Shown: positions 38,991 to 51,915 of the stretch, in pieces
Layout: every line of letters begins with the position of its first letter
How positions within the stretch are numbered: the first letter of the stretch is position 1
Origin: Takakia lepidozioides
Lineage: Eukaryota; Plantae; Bryophyta
NCBI GenBank assembly: GCA_030704615.1
Contig: CM060731.1
Coordinates: 59,272,001-59,336,000, forward strand
DNA: 64,000 nt
Reading direction: 5' to 3'
Notes under the pieces: generated by a model
Databases searched by the model: none
Seen by the model: the letters and a program-made list of their open reading frames with translations, nothing else
What the model was told of the DNA's origin: nothing
Program-made: the position numbers and the translations under genes

Positions 38991-40409
38991 CCGACTTAAA
39001 AGTCTGCAAGTGACTTAAAAGTAGGTATATCAATGGTATAGCTCCTACACTTATCCACTTACCTACCTTTGATGACATTCTTGAAAAAGTATATATTGCA
39101 GATGAAGGTGAAGCTGCAATTGTGTCATCCCCAGAACATGGTCCTCAAAATGAAGTTGGGATCGACCCTCGCTCCCCCACTACACGCTGAAGCCACCGGT
39201 AGTGCCCCAATGGAGCTTAGGGGTGATGAACTTCCAGGACCGAGCAACGTACGTAACATTATTCATACAAACGATGGTGTTGAACCCATTGTACAGTCGA
39301 CAGGACAGGATCATGCTTCACCGATATGACCAGCTCTACCACAATACCAAATCCGATCCAGCTCCCCATCAACTCAGCGGGCATTAAGGAGCACCAGGGT
39401 TGATCTGTTTTCCACATGCACGCATCATTCTACTGCATTGGATCGGGCAGAAGTTGAAGCCTCAGATGATGACAACCTGCCGCTACAATTCTACTTTAAC
39501 CGACGTGTTGCGTAGCAGACCGGTGGTTCCTCACATGCTGGACGATCTAATGTCGGTCCATCTCGGTCATAATGCTCCGATGGGCTGAAAATCCGAGTCA
39601 CCCTCGACTTCACCACGTTGCCATGATCAATGCTAGAATCGTCTTCCATATCCGACCTCATATATCCAGGCCTTTGAATCTGCAAGCGACCTCGAACCAC
39701 ATTTAGTTCTCTCTGAGGTCGACTCTCAATCTGGTCTTGAATATCATCCACAGTATCTGGCCTATTTATGGGCCGATTGCCAGAGAACAAGATTGAGCCA
39801 AAAATAAAACCGTTGCGGAGTAGAAAACCCCAATCAAAGACAATGTAAACCTATTTATTTGCTTGAAATTCATTTAAACGTAATTTAATTGTAAATTGGT
39901 GGAAGAACGAGGGGTGTGGTTGGGGAGACAAATGTTTGTTGTTTATCTTACTTCTCCGTACATGTGTTGCAAACACTTTAAGCACATGCGGGCAAAAGAT
40001 GGGCCTCAACCTCATCCGTTCAATGGGTGTATTGGTCATTCACCCATAGCAGGATTTTTTTTTCGCAATGAACAAAATTGGATGACACGTGAACGCCTCA
40101 TTGGCCCATTGAACAAATTTCAATTGATCTCATATTACTCTGGGATCTGTCTGATGACACATTGGACATACTGGCCAAGTCTCGAAGCGAACAAAAATCA
40201 TTTGGATAGGCAACCATCCATTGGCCCATTGGATGAATTTCGTTTCATGTCATATTACTCTGAAAATGTTGGACTATTCTCTGTCGTTTATGGACTTGGG
40301 ACGCAATCGAAGGTGGTCTCGAAAGAGGTATCGGAGGGGGATCTGCCCTCTTCGTCTCACCGTCGAAGCAGTAGAAGAAATTGAAGTAAAACAGCTGTAG
40401 GCATGCATC

Positions 40410-40550
40410 AGCCCAATCGCCAGTTTGCTGGTGAGTCCGCTCGCCAGTCCGCCGGTCAGTCTGCTCGCCAATCGCCAGTCTATTTGTCAGTCCGCTCGCC
40501 AGTCGCTAGTCGCCAGTCTGCTGGTTAGTCCGCTCGCCAATTAGAGTCAG
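40410..40550. repeat. Degenerate (TCGCCAGTC)-like tandem repeat
   Basis: cgccagtttg, cgccagtccg, cgccaatcgccagtc, gtccgctcgccagtcgctagtcgccagtc. Confidence 0.75.
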
Positions 40551-40779
40551 TCTACTGGAGGAATCAGTCTCTTGGAGGGTCTGGCCTATCCGCTAGAAGG
40601 TCCGCTGCCGTTAAAGAACTAGGACTTAGAAAAAATTCAGAATCTAGACCCAATGAAAGGGGGGTGGGTCATACTGGCGGGGCCCATAGGCGCATTGAAC
40701 TCGCTATTTATTAAATAATGAGAGGCGTATATTTTAATAATATCATTATAATTTACAATTCTAACTCATGATGATTGAT

Positions 40780-41861
40780 ATTCATCGATACAAATAAACT
40801 TGTATGGAAAAAAATCAAGCAGTATGTCGTTTTCATTATCCATTATCTCTCATGCATTCAACTCTGATTTTAGAACCTTTTCAACAAGACTTAGATGACA
40901 ATGATACAAGACGATATGCAAAGATAGCAAATGATATATTTGAAACACTAAATAAAATGGATGTTAATAAAAATATTTTATTCGACGAATTTACGGGATT
41001 ATTTAATTTAGAAATGGACATATATCTTAAAAAATTATGAAGTCGACTGAAAAAACCAAAAATATTTTTAAAAAGAGCATATAAAAATATTCATACAAAT
41101 GCTAGCAGAAACATTGGTTTTTCTATGCGCAAATTTTTGCCCGATTTTGACCTCAAAAAATAAAATGGAATATTCTGTCGCAAATTCCCTATTTTTCATG
41201 GATGAAATCGCCAAACTTCTCCAAATAAAAGATAAATTATGGATGTATTCGCCAAATATGGATGATATAAATGGATTACAATAGAGATCTGGATGAATGT
41301 CAGTGGATGAACCGAATGTACGAATATTTTTTGCAACTCTGTAGCCACTCGTGCTATTTTCCAAATTTCTTAAAACAAATGCTAAGCGGGAATCTGAAAT
41401 ATATAGCTGCAACATTTAATTTGAATACCAGAAAAACAATTCATATTATTGCAGTCTATAAACCTCCAACACTACAATTTAGTATTTTCTTATCTTCTTC
41501 CAAAAAGCTCATTGATAATATCCCACATACATGCCCAACGATAGTATTAGGGGATTTTAATGTAGATCTCTTACAAAATAATACCGTAACAACAAATCAA
41601 TTGCAAAAATTCATGTTTTTCTTTTCACATGCAACGCCAATTTCCCAATTAATACTGCTATTTATGGATCTCAACTAGCACATCAATCAACACTGCATAA
41701 TGTGGCATTACAAAAGCATATTGCACGGACCATAAACGTCCTGTATTTATTGCTTTTAAATTACCTAATTACATTCCTTGCTACCAACATATATGATCAT
41801 CATAATACTCTAATAGGTAGTCATCATAAGGAGGAGCCATTACCACGTGACGAGCCGCTTG
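40780..41861 (+). mobile_element. Helitron deletion derivative with Rep fragment and AP-endonuclease (EEP) fragment
   Basis: CRFHYP..TLILEPF and KPKIFLKR (Helitron Rep); IIAVYKPP..PTIVLGDFNVDLL and YCTDHK (EEP); decayed 3' hairpin ccattac-cac-gtgacga followed by CTTG|T. Confidence 0.7.
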
Positions 41862-43339
41862 TTAATAATTATTGAAGGGAAATTATTTAAAATCCCCATT
41901 TGTTTTTAAAAAAGTCAGTTGATGTATATTGTATGCATGTTGTTACATATATACAATAATAATATATCATATACACATAGATAGTTAATGACTTTATTGA
42001 TTAGTGTGCAATGAACTATAGGTGTGATATTGAAGTGGTCAAGGGTCTAAACTTTGTTTATAGTTAGATAAATAACTAGGATTGTGAGATAAAAATGATT
42101 AATGTGTGGGGGCCTTAGATGGTTGGCATGCAGCTGCAATGTTTTTTATTTAGGAAAAAGAAGTTGAAGGGCCACGTGGCACGGGGTGGCGGACGCGGTC
42201 AATTATATGGTAATTGTTTTTCCATTAAAAAAAATTAAAAATTAAAAATTAAAATTAATGAGTCGCGCCTCACCACGCCACGTGGCAGCGCACAATTTAA
42301 ATACTAATTGATTTTTACTTATAATACTAGTATTTTTTGAGTCATATCCGTGACTAAGCACATGATTTTGGAAAAGAGTCATGAAAACCGTTTTTTGGCA
42401 TAGTGGATTCGGCTAGACCATACCAAACCGAACTGCCCTTATTAGTCTCCATTTAGGGATCTTGCCTATCTTAATCTGACTATATCATTAAGAAAATGTT
42501 GAGCTCAATGAATTCAATTGAACCTCGAACGCACCATACCCATTGAGCTCAATTGGGCATAGGTAATACTTGTTTTATCAAGCATTGTGCATATTCATAG
42601 ACATGAGTAGATAAAACAATTAGCTGTATTCAAGGGTGACATGTACTACAACGTCCATGCTATTCGAGGGCAGTCCTAAAGCATCTGGTGGTTTGCGTAT
42701 AATGGCAATAGGCACCATTGCATTGGCCTATGGCCCCACCCATATAATACATGAAGCCAATGTGAGAGTGTTGGCCATTGAATGCATTTTGGATCCTGAT
42801 AAAGTTTCGAGCCACGTGTGTAGATTTGGGCGGAATAAAATATTATATGGAAGCTAGGGCACAAGGATACCTTACAAGTCATGGGGTTCATCAAAGCCAC
42901 ATAGATGTATGTTATCCATTATGGCCGACGCAGCTATAAAGGGAGGCGCATCATTTAGAGACATAAGAAGATTCAATTTAAAATACTATTGTCGTCTGTT
43001 TGTAAGATAAACATCTTAACCGGGCAAGGCAATTACCTAAACTCTCCCACGAATTTCAAAGTCCCACTTTTCAATTTATGGAGATATAATATGGAGGTTT
43101 GTATTCTGCGAGGGTTTTGACCATTTCATAAATGGCCATGAGATCAGCTCTGATAATGGTGGGGAGGCTGGATAGTCGGTGTGATGAACCTTGTTTGGCA
43201 TATGCATGATAGATCTCGTAACGAGCTTTTGCTGGGAGCCATCTATGTAGTATGAATTAATGTGGGAATATTTCATGGGTCTTGAGTGTGGATAGAAAGG
43301 AAAGAGGGCCCCGAGGAAGTCACTCTCTATCAAAGTATG

Positions 43340-43505
43340 ACGCTTTTCGAAGGAAGCGTAACTTATGGAGTCACTTCACCCCGAAGGGCTACTGCTTTCC
43401 GCTAGGGAGGTGGACACCTTTATGACACACCAGACCATGGTTTGAACCCACAACCACATCTAACGTGGTATGTGCCCGTTACCACTGGGCTACATGCTGG
43501 TTGTC
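43340..43505 (-). mobile_element. tRNA-derived SINE-like element with TSD; relatives at 28365-28447 and 28690-28760
   Basis: A box TAGCCCAGTGG, B box GGGTTCAAACC; flanking direct repeat cactctYtatca (43321-43332 and 43506-43517). Confidence 0.7.
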
Positions 43506-43528
43506 CACTCTTTATCACTTGTATGGGG

Positions 43529-44439
43529 CACGTGAGATAAATGGGTATTTTGTAGGGGAGTATTACTTTTATTTTAGGTATTTTTTATTATCCTATAATT
43601 ACATAATTATGTTATATGGTGAATTTTTTTAATGTTATTTTAATTATTTTTTTATTGTTTAAAAATATTAAACACCCTATATTAATAATACAATAAAAAA
43701 ACGTTCTGCACTCTATCAAAAGTCATAGTGACTGAACTAATAACTGAGTCTACATCTATCCACTTGTAGTCGGTATGAACATACTTGAATTTAAATTGTC
43801 CTCTAGATTTTGAGAAGTAATTTAATAACACTATAATTGGTGTGGTTGGTCTATTTAAGATATCAATATGCTGCCGCGATATCCCCTGCCTGCTCCCCAC
43901 TTGCTCACTAATGACAATTGACATGGCTCCGAAAAATATTCCCTCGAAGCTTCTCCTCGTCTTTGTCAGCCCTTGGTCGGCCTTCTCGTACTCTATCTGC
44001 CGCTGCTGCTTCTCGTGCTTCCAGTCAACCATCCACCCAAGCAGATTTCTTGTAGCTATCAATCCATAGGGATTCGAAGGTAATCTGTGCTTCAAATCCG
44101 GCCCTCACGGATGACGATGGACAGGAAACTCCCTCCCTTACCATTAGAAAAAAGAGAAACCCCTGCGCTCAAACCCCCTCCCTTACCATTAGACCCTAAA
44201 CTCTAAATGTACGATACGTGTCCACGGACTAATCACTGGACGACACGTGTCCACATATATTATCTCAAGCCTATAATAATCTTAAAATTTCTTAAAAAAT
44301 GAGTCATTATTTTAAACCCTATATTCATTTAAATTCCATAATCACATTATATTGTACCATTATTAATTTTAAATATTTTTATTTTTATTATTATTTTTAA
44401 AATAAATTACATCCTATAATATATATTGTTTTGCACGTC
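43529..44439 (-). mobile_element. Non-autonomous TIR element with CACGTG-like termini, copy 2
   Basis: Both ends match the corresponding ends of 22998-23654; remnant FKYVHTDYKWIDVDSVISSVTM; flanked by GG on both sides. Confidence 0.7.
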
Positions 44440-44489
44440 GGTCGAGCTATTCTTGTATTTGTTGTTGTTTAAACAGTGAGGTACATGAA

Positions 44490-46420
44490 TATATGTACAT
44501 GATGGAGATATTACAGAGGAAATATACATGGACCAACAAAAAGAATTGGTTGTAAAGGGGAAAAAATTGATGGTATGTAAGCTTCTCCAGTTTTGTATGG
44601 TTTGAAGCAATCTCCTAGAGTGTATAATGACAAACTAATTGATACATATCTCATGTCTGAAAAGTTTGAGAGAATATTATTTGATCACAACATTTATATA
44701 TAGAGAACTCCGAAGAAACTACTTTGTGATCATAATATTATAGGTGTATGCTTTGATTTTTACTTCTAATAACTTGGTTCTATCAAAATACACCAGAGAT
44801 ATTCCCCACGGTTCCTTACCCCGCGTAAATGCCCAGGCTGGCAAGGTTCTGGCCAATTATCACACGTGGCACCATGTGTAAGATAGGCTCAATGTCACCG
44901 CACTCGTGACAAAACTCAACCTCTTTACGCAAAACTGGTTTGTTTGTGCCAGTAATAAGGCACCAACTCCTCGGCTTTCCCGTCACCTTTGCATGCACAT
45001 CCTTGTGTGTTGCGTGTGTGTCGTCACACCAACTGCGTGGCTCTTGTTGCTGTGTGCAAGCATTTCGTGGGTTCGGTGCTGGCCACTTGTACAATACGAC
45101 ATTCCAATCAAATGAATGCAAAACCGGGTTTGTCTCCTCGTGTATGTAACCATACATGACCTTCTCTAGCGCTTGATTCGTAGTATGAAGCTTGATGACT
45201 ACGAATCCCATACGCAGGAAGCCTTTCTCACGTTCGGCGCAAGAGACTCTCTAGCAGACACGACTCTCCAATCAAGGAAAGTCCTCGAGTAAGAATTTCA
45301 CCTGTCATAAAGTACTGCTCAAAACTTTCCCCTGACGCGGAGTCTGCATTTGTTCAGACCATGCTTATGATCGATGGCATTACACCAAGAATGTGTAGTG
45401 CGAAGTTAGTGCCCAAATCAAGGAAGAACCGGTCTTGAGGCCTCTACAATTGGAATAAAGAATTTTTCTCAAAGAAGTTTGAGATAGTGGAGATCGGATT
45501 TGATTTAATTTGTTCGACAAGACCGATTGATTTATCTAAATCAGCATAAGTATTTTGAGGAAATCTTGAAATACTATGGTATGGTTGAAGCATGAAAGTA
45601 TGTTCCATTCTCAAATGAAAACTCTCATAAGATATGTGTCTTTAGAGTGTTGCAAACTTGGAGACAATGAGAGCTATTCATTATCAAAGTATTCTAAGAA
45701 GTTCCATGTACGCAATAGTCTGTATAAGGCCAAATACTGTATAAACAGTAGGGTTGTAAGTCAGGTTCACCTAATCCTTGACAACTACATAGGTTTATAA
45801 AACGGATTTTTCATTATTTAATGTGCACAATTAGAATTTGGGTTATGTTTCAGAGCGAACATTGATAACGTTCATTTAGACCAAATGTACTTGGATGATA
45901 TCTCAGATATTGCTCGCAAGAGCACAAGTAACATCTATGACAATGTGATGCAGATTGGGGTGAATTTGTTGATGACCGTCATTTTATATCTGGCTATGTT
46001 TTTTTGCTGGCACATGGTGCAATTAGCTGGAGCAATATTCATCAATTAAGACAGAATATATGGCTGCAACTCAAGCTATGAGACACAATGTAAATATCGG
46101 CATTTTTGTCAACTATTGGTTATCCACAAAGGGATACCATGGTCATATATGATGATAACCTAGGCTGTAATATTGCTCTATTGAAAAATCCAATTTTTCA
46201 TGTTTGCACAAAGTATATTGAGATTAATCATTATATGGTACGAAAGAAAACTGACATGGCAGGAGTTGTCGAATTGGAGTATTAATAATAATTACATGAA
46301 CATCAACAACATGGTTAACGATATATTAAGTAAAAAGTTATGCTGAAAAACCCGGATGTTCTTGAGGCTTGATATGAGTAGTTAAATACATAACTTGGAA
46401 CTCGTTCAATAGGGGTGCTG
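44490..46420 (+). mobile_element. Degenerate Ty1/Copia RT-RNaseH, interrupted by a LINE fragment (~44800-45465, minus)
   Basis: GDITEEIYMDQ..VCKL..LYGLKQSPR, KKFEI, TEYMAATQA, TKYIEINHYMVR; PPT-like aggggtg near 46410; the insert has HECGDIEPILHM zinc-finger-like motif. Confidence 0.75.
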
Positions 46421-47799
46421 AAAATCAACTCAATACCAAGATATTTCTATTCAAACTTACTATGATAACAAATCACAGCGCAAGAATAGTAGTTATGACA
46501 AGTTATACTTAATAGTGATGATAACCCTCCATTTGCAATGATTATAAGTCTAGTATTAGGATATCAATTGGAGATAATTGATATTGAATATGCAGTTGAT
46601 ATAGTTATCTTCGCTAATTCAAGCTTGGACATTAGATATAAATAGGCAAAGCACGGAGGGTACATAGCTTGTTGTGTTCGTATGGTTGTTGAGCATGCAG
46701 TTGATATAGTTACTAGAGCCACCCCCAAAAAGAAAGATGTTCTTATTTATGCTAACTCTAGTTGGTGTCAAAAGAAGAAGACTCCAACCATAGCCGACAT
46801 AATTAAAAGCCACTTCGCCTTCCGGCTACTGTCCCTCCTTTGGGGGTGGGCCCTATAGAAATGGAATATGCTAGTGCGCATACATGCCCCTAAGTGTGGG
46901 TATATTCTAGTTTGCGTTCGTTAATAATGATGGCTATGAGGGATCGGATGACAATAAGATGTATAATTTCAAAACATTGATAGATTGCAGTGGTAGGTGT
47001 CTTGAAATAGTTGTGCAACGCATGCATGCCGGCATTGTGGATGATGCCTCTTGTAGTAGTTGTGATGACTAGTAAAGGGCCAATTTTCCATCCTTGTCTT
47101 CTAATTGCAAGGATAAAAATGGGTGTATTTTTCGTATTTAGTTAAAATTGTTGTGTTTGGGTATGGGTCGCGATAAATGGATGTTGAGGTTGCTTGATGG
47201 GTCGAGGGGGGAGGGGGGAGCGGGGTTGATAGGTAGCACTGTGAATAATAGTATGGGGCAGCAACAGAGCAGCGGCCATGTTGGAACTAGGGGGCCGTCC
47301 TTGGTAGGTGCCACCATTTATAAGATAATACCATCGGATGGCCGTGTGGGATCGAAGATAATAAGTTTTAATGAGAGCTCTCCACTCAACCATATGAACA
47401 CAACAATCTCTATATCTCCATTCTCTTACCTATTTATGCCCAATGTCCATGCCTGAATTAGCATTATATATATAGAGAGATTGGATCTTGTTGTGTTCAT
47501 GCGAGAAAGCACTTAAAATTTGTTAGTTTTTATTCCTAGTATTCACAACACTTTCATCATTTTCGGCCTTTGAATAGCCATAAAGACCAGGCAAAAAAAG
47601 GAAAAAAGTCCAGCCATGAATATTCCACAATATGCCCTAACTAGGGCTGCAGAGAACTTTGGAATATACATTTTCACAAGATGGTTTATTTTGTTTCTAG
47701 GTAGGGATTTTCGATATGTTCAAGGGAGTGGCAAGGCCAGATGAAATATTTGACCAGCCTTCATGCCAAGTAAAATCCTGGCCCTTGAATCTTCCAGGA

Positions 47800-48736
47800 T
47801 TTCAGACACCTGTCACGACCGCATAGTAACTCTCACGAGCGCTTATCAGTCTCTTATTCGTATACCTATGGGCATTTTTTTCCCGGCGGATGTCCGCCGT
47901 GAGAGTCAACTGTCGACTGACACGTGACGCAACATAATAGGCTTGGAAGATATCAGTCTGCCCGGTAAGCTGCCCCACCTAGAAAAGTGGCTATCCGGGC
48001 AATGCCATCTGCCAGCCCATTCCCCGATGAGTTATGCAGGCAGGTAATTATCTTGTTATAGACTTTACCAACCAAAGATGCAGATAATTTTTGCAAGAGG
48101 TAAAAGTCGTTACAATTGGATGTGACAGAATGGGAAAGCAGTTACTAGCTACAGCAACGGGGACCAACAAGAGGTTGCATTGGTCCGACGAGGACAATAA
48201 TTTTATTCCAGATCCCCAGCCCCGGAATAGCTCTGGAATCTCGAATGCTCCTTGCACGAGCTATTCGGATCACGTGGCGCAATGCCATTGATTACGAAGG
48301 GATGTTGTTCTATAATAACACATGCTGGGGCCTACTCACATCTTTTTGGATGAGATATGATAAATCTGGATGTAAAGTGCAATCCTCACGACCGACTATG
48401 CCCGATAACATTCCCCCTATTCCCTGCAGGCAGGTGGCATCCATGGGCTACTTTTGCACACCTGGATCAAGAAAGTTTTTTATGCTTCTTCAGGAGTGCG
48501 CTGCCCGGAGATACAGAAATCTAAGTTTTTTTAAGAGATATAATAAAGTTTTAGTCTAAGTTGGCAGAGTGGAAGTGAGTTTTGTCCGGAGGTTTTAATT
48601 TTTTTGCCTCCTAATGGTAATCCTTATGGTAGCCTTCGCGCTTGTTAAGGGTTTTAATTTATGCCCGTTCAATAAGTTCTAATAAAGCTCTCAAGGGCTT
48701 CCTCCCTTTCTCTTAGAAAATTTAAAAAAAAAAAAA
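47800..48736 (+). mobile_element. L1-like LINE 3' fragment with poly(A)
   Basis: RAIRITWRNAIDYEG resembles the L1 ORF2 C-terminal W.IW..RN motif; AATAAA at 48681 and A-tract at 48724-48736. Confidence 0.55.
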
Positions 48737-48894
48737 TCCATAACATGGCACCGCCCTCTTTCTGAAGGAGTTAAAAAAGGAGAAGAAAAAAAAGGGGAAG
48801 ATCATGCACGGTAGCTCAGTTGCTGAAGCTAAATACGAATCGAGAAAAACCAAGCATAAAAACTTCACGACAGGTACGAAACGAGTGAATCTGC

Positions 48895-48965
48895 TGGAGA
48901 CCGGGTATCGATCCCCATACCTCCCGCATGCCTAGTGAGCGCTCGTCCATTTGAGCTACACCCCC
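48895..48965 (-). pseudogene. tRNA-Ala pseudogene / tRNA-Ala-derived repeat
   Basis: GGGGGTGTAGCTCAAATGGACGAGCGCTCACTAGGCATGCGGGAGGTATGGGGATCGATACCCGGTCTCCA resembles plant tRNA-Ala(AGC) but has anticodon-arm mismatches and a 3' deletion. Confidence 0.8.
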
Positions 48966-51124
48966 ACTACTACACTCTTCAGCAATATGTACTAAATTTA
49001 TAATGTGCAATGGTCTCCAAAGTACATGCACACAGCAAACTTATAATCAGCGTATATTTGAAGTGCTAATCTGTGTGTACTCAATTGTTAATTTATAACA
49101 ACATTTATGAGGATTGAGGATCATCATGGCCGTGGTATCAACTACTTACAAGTTTTCAAACAAATTCTTTTTCCGTGATCGAAACATAAAAAGTGCATTA
49201 GTGGGACCCACCTAATCTAACCGATATAACAGCACTTGTTCACTACACTCTGTGTGGGACTTTACAACTGTCGGAGTGGATCATAAATCGTAACAAAAAC
49301 AGCAAACATTTTCCCTAGAAACAATCTTATTAGCCTCAAAAGTGCTGAGCATGGAATCTTGACGGAGGCATAATAAGCAGTTTGTCGTGTATGTGGGCAT
49401 CCGAATTTCTAGAATCTAGCCAATTGTTCAACAATTTAAAAATCACTTTGGATGGAAAGATGTTAATAAGTTGTGGATCTTGTGTCACAGGAAAAATATA
49501 TAGAGAAAAACTATACAAATATGTAATGATAAAACCTTCCTGTTATCAATGAAGGAGAGGATACAGAGGGACCTAAAATGCCATGATAGTATTTATGTGC
49601 GTACAAGTGTATCAACTATCAACTCAACAAAATTGTGGACAGGAAACTTTGTTGCACGAGTTTATTCGGTTTGCTCCTTACGACCCGGCATCGCCATTCA
49701 CGGCTTACCACACGCATGCGGGCAAGTAAGCTCCACCATAACATGGCCACAACGGGCTTCGCCGATGAGGCCCAGTTTTCTCACACCAATGTTCCGGCTT
49801 GCTCCGTCTTGCTTGCATCAGCGAAATTTAGCAGGCGAATGGAAAGCAAAAAAAGAAAAGAAAAGCACATGAATGTGGCCAGCAACGTATCCAAATCTTC
49901 CGTTTGGATGGGAATGGATGCAATCCAAATAGACGTGCCAGGTGTCAGATATGGCCAATGGGTGAACAGAAAAACCGCAGCCCCACGTGGACTACTGATA
50001 CCTTTTTTAGTGGCCCCAATTTTACGAGGGGTAGCTGCCCGATGCGTTCAGGATCTGGACTTATGGCCCAAATTGGACAAAGGCTATGGTCCAAATTGTG
50101 CAGCACCTGGATTAGGTCACGGCCGCGGCCTGCGGGCACGCTAAAGGTTGGTGTGCGTCATAACCGTTGGCCAACCACGTGGCGCGCTCCGAAAATACGG
50201 CTTATCGTATGACTCATCGCTTTTCCGAGCTGCCGTCGGACTTGTCGCCTTGCATGTGGCCCCTCTGTTTTAGCCGCAGTAAGTTTTGGATGTATCTTGC
50301 CACGCCGAATCTACACAGATCCAACGGTGAATACGATCTCAGGGTGGGACCATCGATATCCACCTGGTATTGTTACCCTGGCTCGTCTCCAAAAGGAAGG
50401 GTGAAGTAGCCGAGAACAAGTAACGGGTGGGAGCGGGGCATGTGGTAAAGTACATCGCGCTGTCAGTGGACCATATTTAGTGCCGTGCTCCTTACGTACC
50501 GTAGGATAGATATTCTAATCTAATCGGAATGTAGTAAAGATATTCTAATCGCCCTTTAATTAGCTGAAGCTGACTGTACAAACGATATGGGACAAAGAAG
50601 GAGCAATATAATTGTCCTGCGACCACGTTCCTGAGAGTAGGTTTCACACCGCTGTGGTTCCTGGACTAACTAGGCCGCAGCCATTGGCATCCATGCAGGT
50701 GGTCCGCATCCGGAAGGTATAATTTGAGCATCTTCCTATTTGAGCTTGCAATAGGTATCTCCAGATATATTACGCAACGAAATTGGACAAAGATTGAGGG
50801 AAAGGGAGCCGCTGACATGGCAAGCGGCTAAGTAGTGATCTGATGTGGCAGTGGTGAGGCTGCTGGCTCCAATTACCGCGGATAATTGTTTTTCTATCTT
50901 ACTAGGTTGTATAGCCCCTTTTTATGAAAAGAGATGCCACGTAGGCAGAAGTTGATAAGGGCCAGAATTGTGAACTGTTGCTCCCAGATTCCTTTTTTGA
51001 AAAAGAATAAATAAAAAGAATTTGTGAACTGTCGCTCCCAGGTGTTTCCCTTTCTAAGAAATAAAAAACAGAAAAGAAAAGAAAAGAAAAATAATCGACC
51101 GTTCACACTTAGCCCTTAAGTTAA

Positions 51125-51915
51125 CCCTTAAGTTCCCAAGCCCTTTTTTGACTTTTTACCAATTTTGAGTACCCAGCTGCAGTAAATTGCCCCTAGAAAC
51201 CTACCAAAAATCATCCAAAGATTCCAGCCTTATAACAGTGGGCCCAGCTCATTTATGCATGACAAACCAAAAAATGAAAAAGTCCACCGTGGAAATTGTG
51301 AGATTATAACATTGGCCTGGACCTCAAATATCAGGTCCCAAAGAAAAAGTGAGAAAGAAATTGGTTTGACCAAATCAAAACCTAGCTTTATCCAAGCCCA
51401 AGACCCACCATTTCCAAATCAATAGTGGAGTGGCCATGACCCCACTAAATTGCAGGTCCAACTGATTTTTTCACCTATGGTTGCTATTCATGCAATTACA
51501 TGGGGGTTGAAATCTCAAAATTGACAAGAGAAAATGTGCCTCCAAATGAAGTACTTTTATTTTTACAAATTTTTTAAAAGCCAATGGTGGATGTGTGTCT
51601 ATAATGCTCACACAGCACAAGGTGCAGTGCTTTCTCCAAAATTGCTAATTTTCTGCCAAAAATGGCCTTTGGAGTGCAATCTGTTTTGGGCTTGTTTACT
51701 GCCACGTCAGCAAGCCTTTTTCAGGCCCCAAAACGTAAATGAGAGATCTAAGATATTTTTTTGGAGTTCGCAGCTTTTGTTTTTTGCATCACGCTCGAGA
51801 CAAATCCCTTGTCATTAAAGCTTCAGGAGTGGGCCCCATCAGATTAGATCTGCAAAAATTTGGTGGAACTGCAAATTCAAAGTGACCCGATTCAGGTCGC
51901 TTGGGAACTTAAGGG
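51125..51915. mobile_element. piggyBac-type non-autonomous element
   Basis: Perfect 17-bp TIRs CCCTTAAGTTCCCAAGC / GCTTGGGAACTTAAGGG flanked by TTAA on both sides (51121-51124 and 51916-51919). Confidence 0.85.

Noticed and set aside
42165-42295. Hairpin with paired GCCACGTGGC motifs
   Set aside because: Probably the centre of a MITE, but its ends could not be defined
47580-47790. Possible small MITE
   Set aside because: Terminal inverted match is too weak and there is no TSD
49549-50409. Overlapping 80-170 aa ORFs
   Set aside because: No recognisable motifs or splice pattern; the region is G-box/CCAAT-rich and looks regulatory or TE-derived
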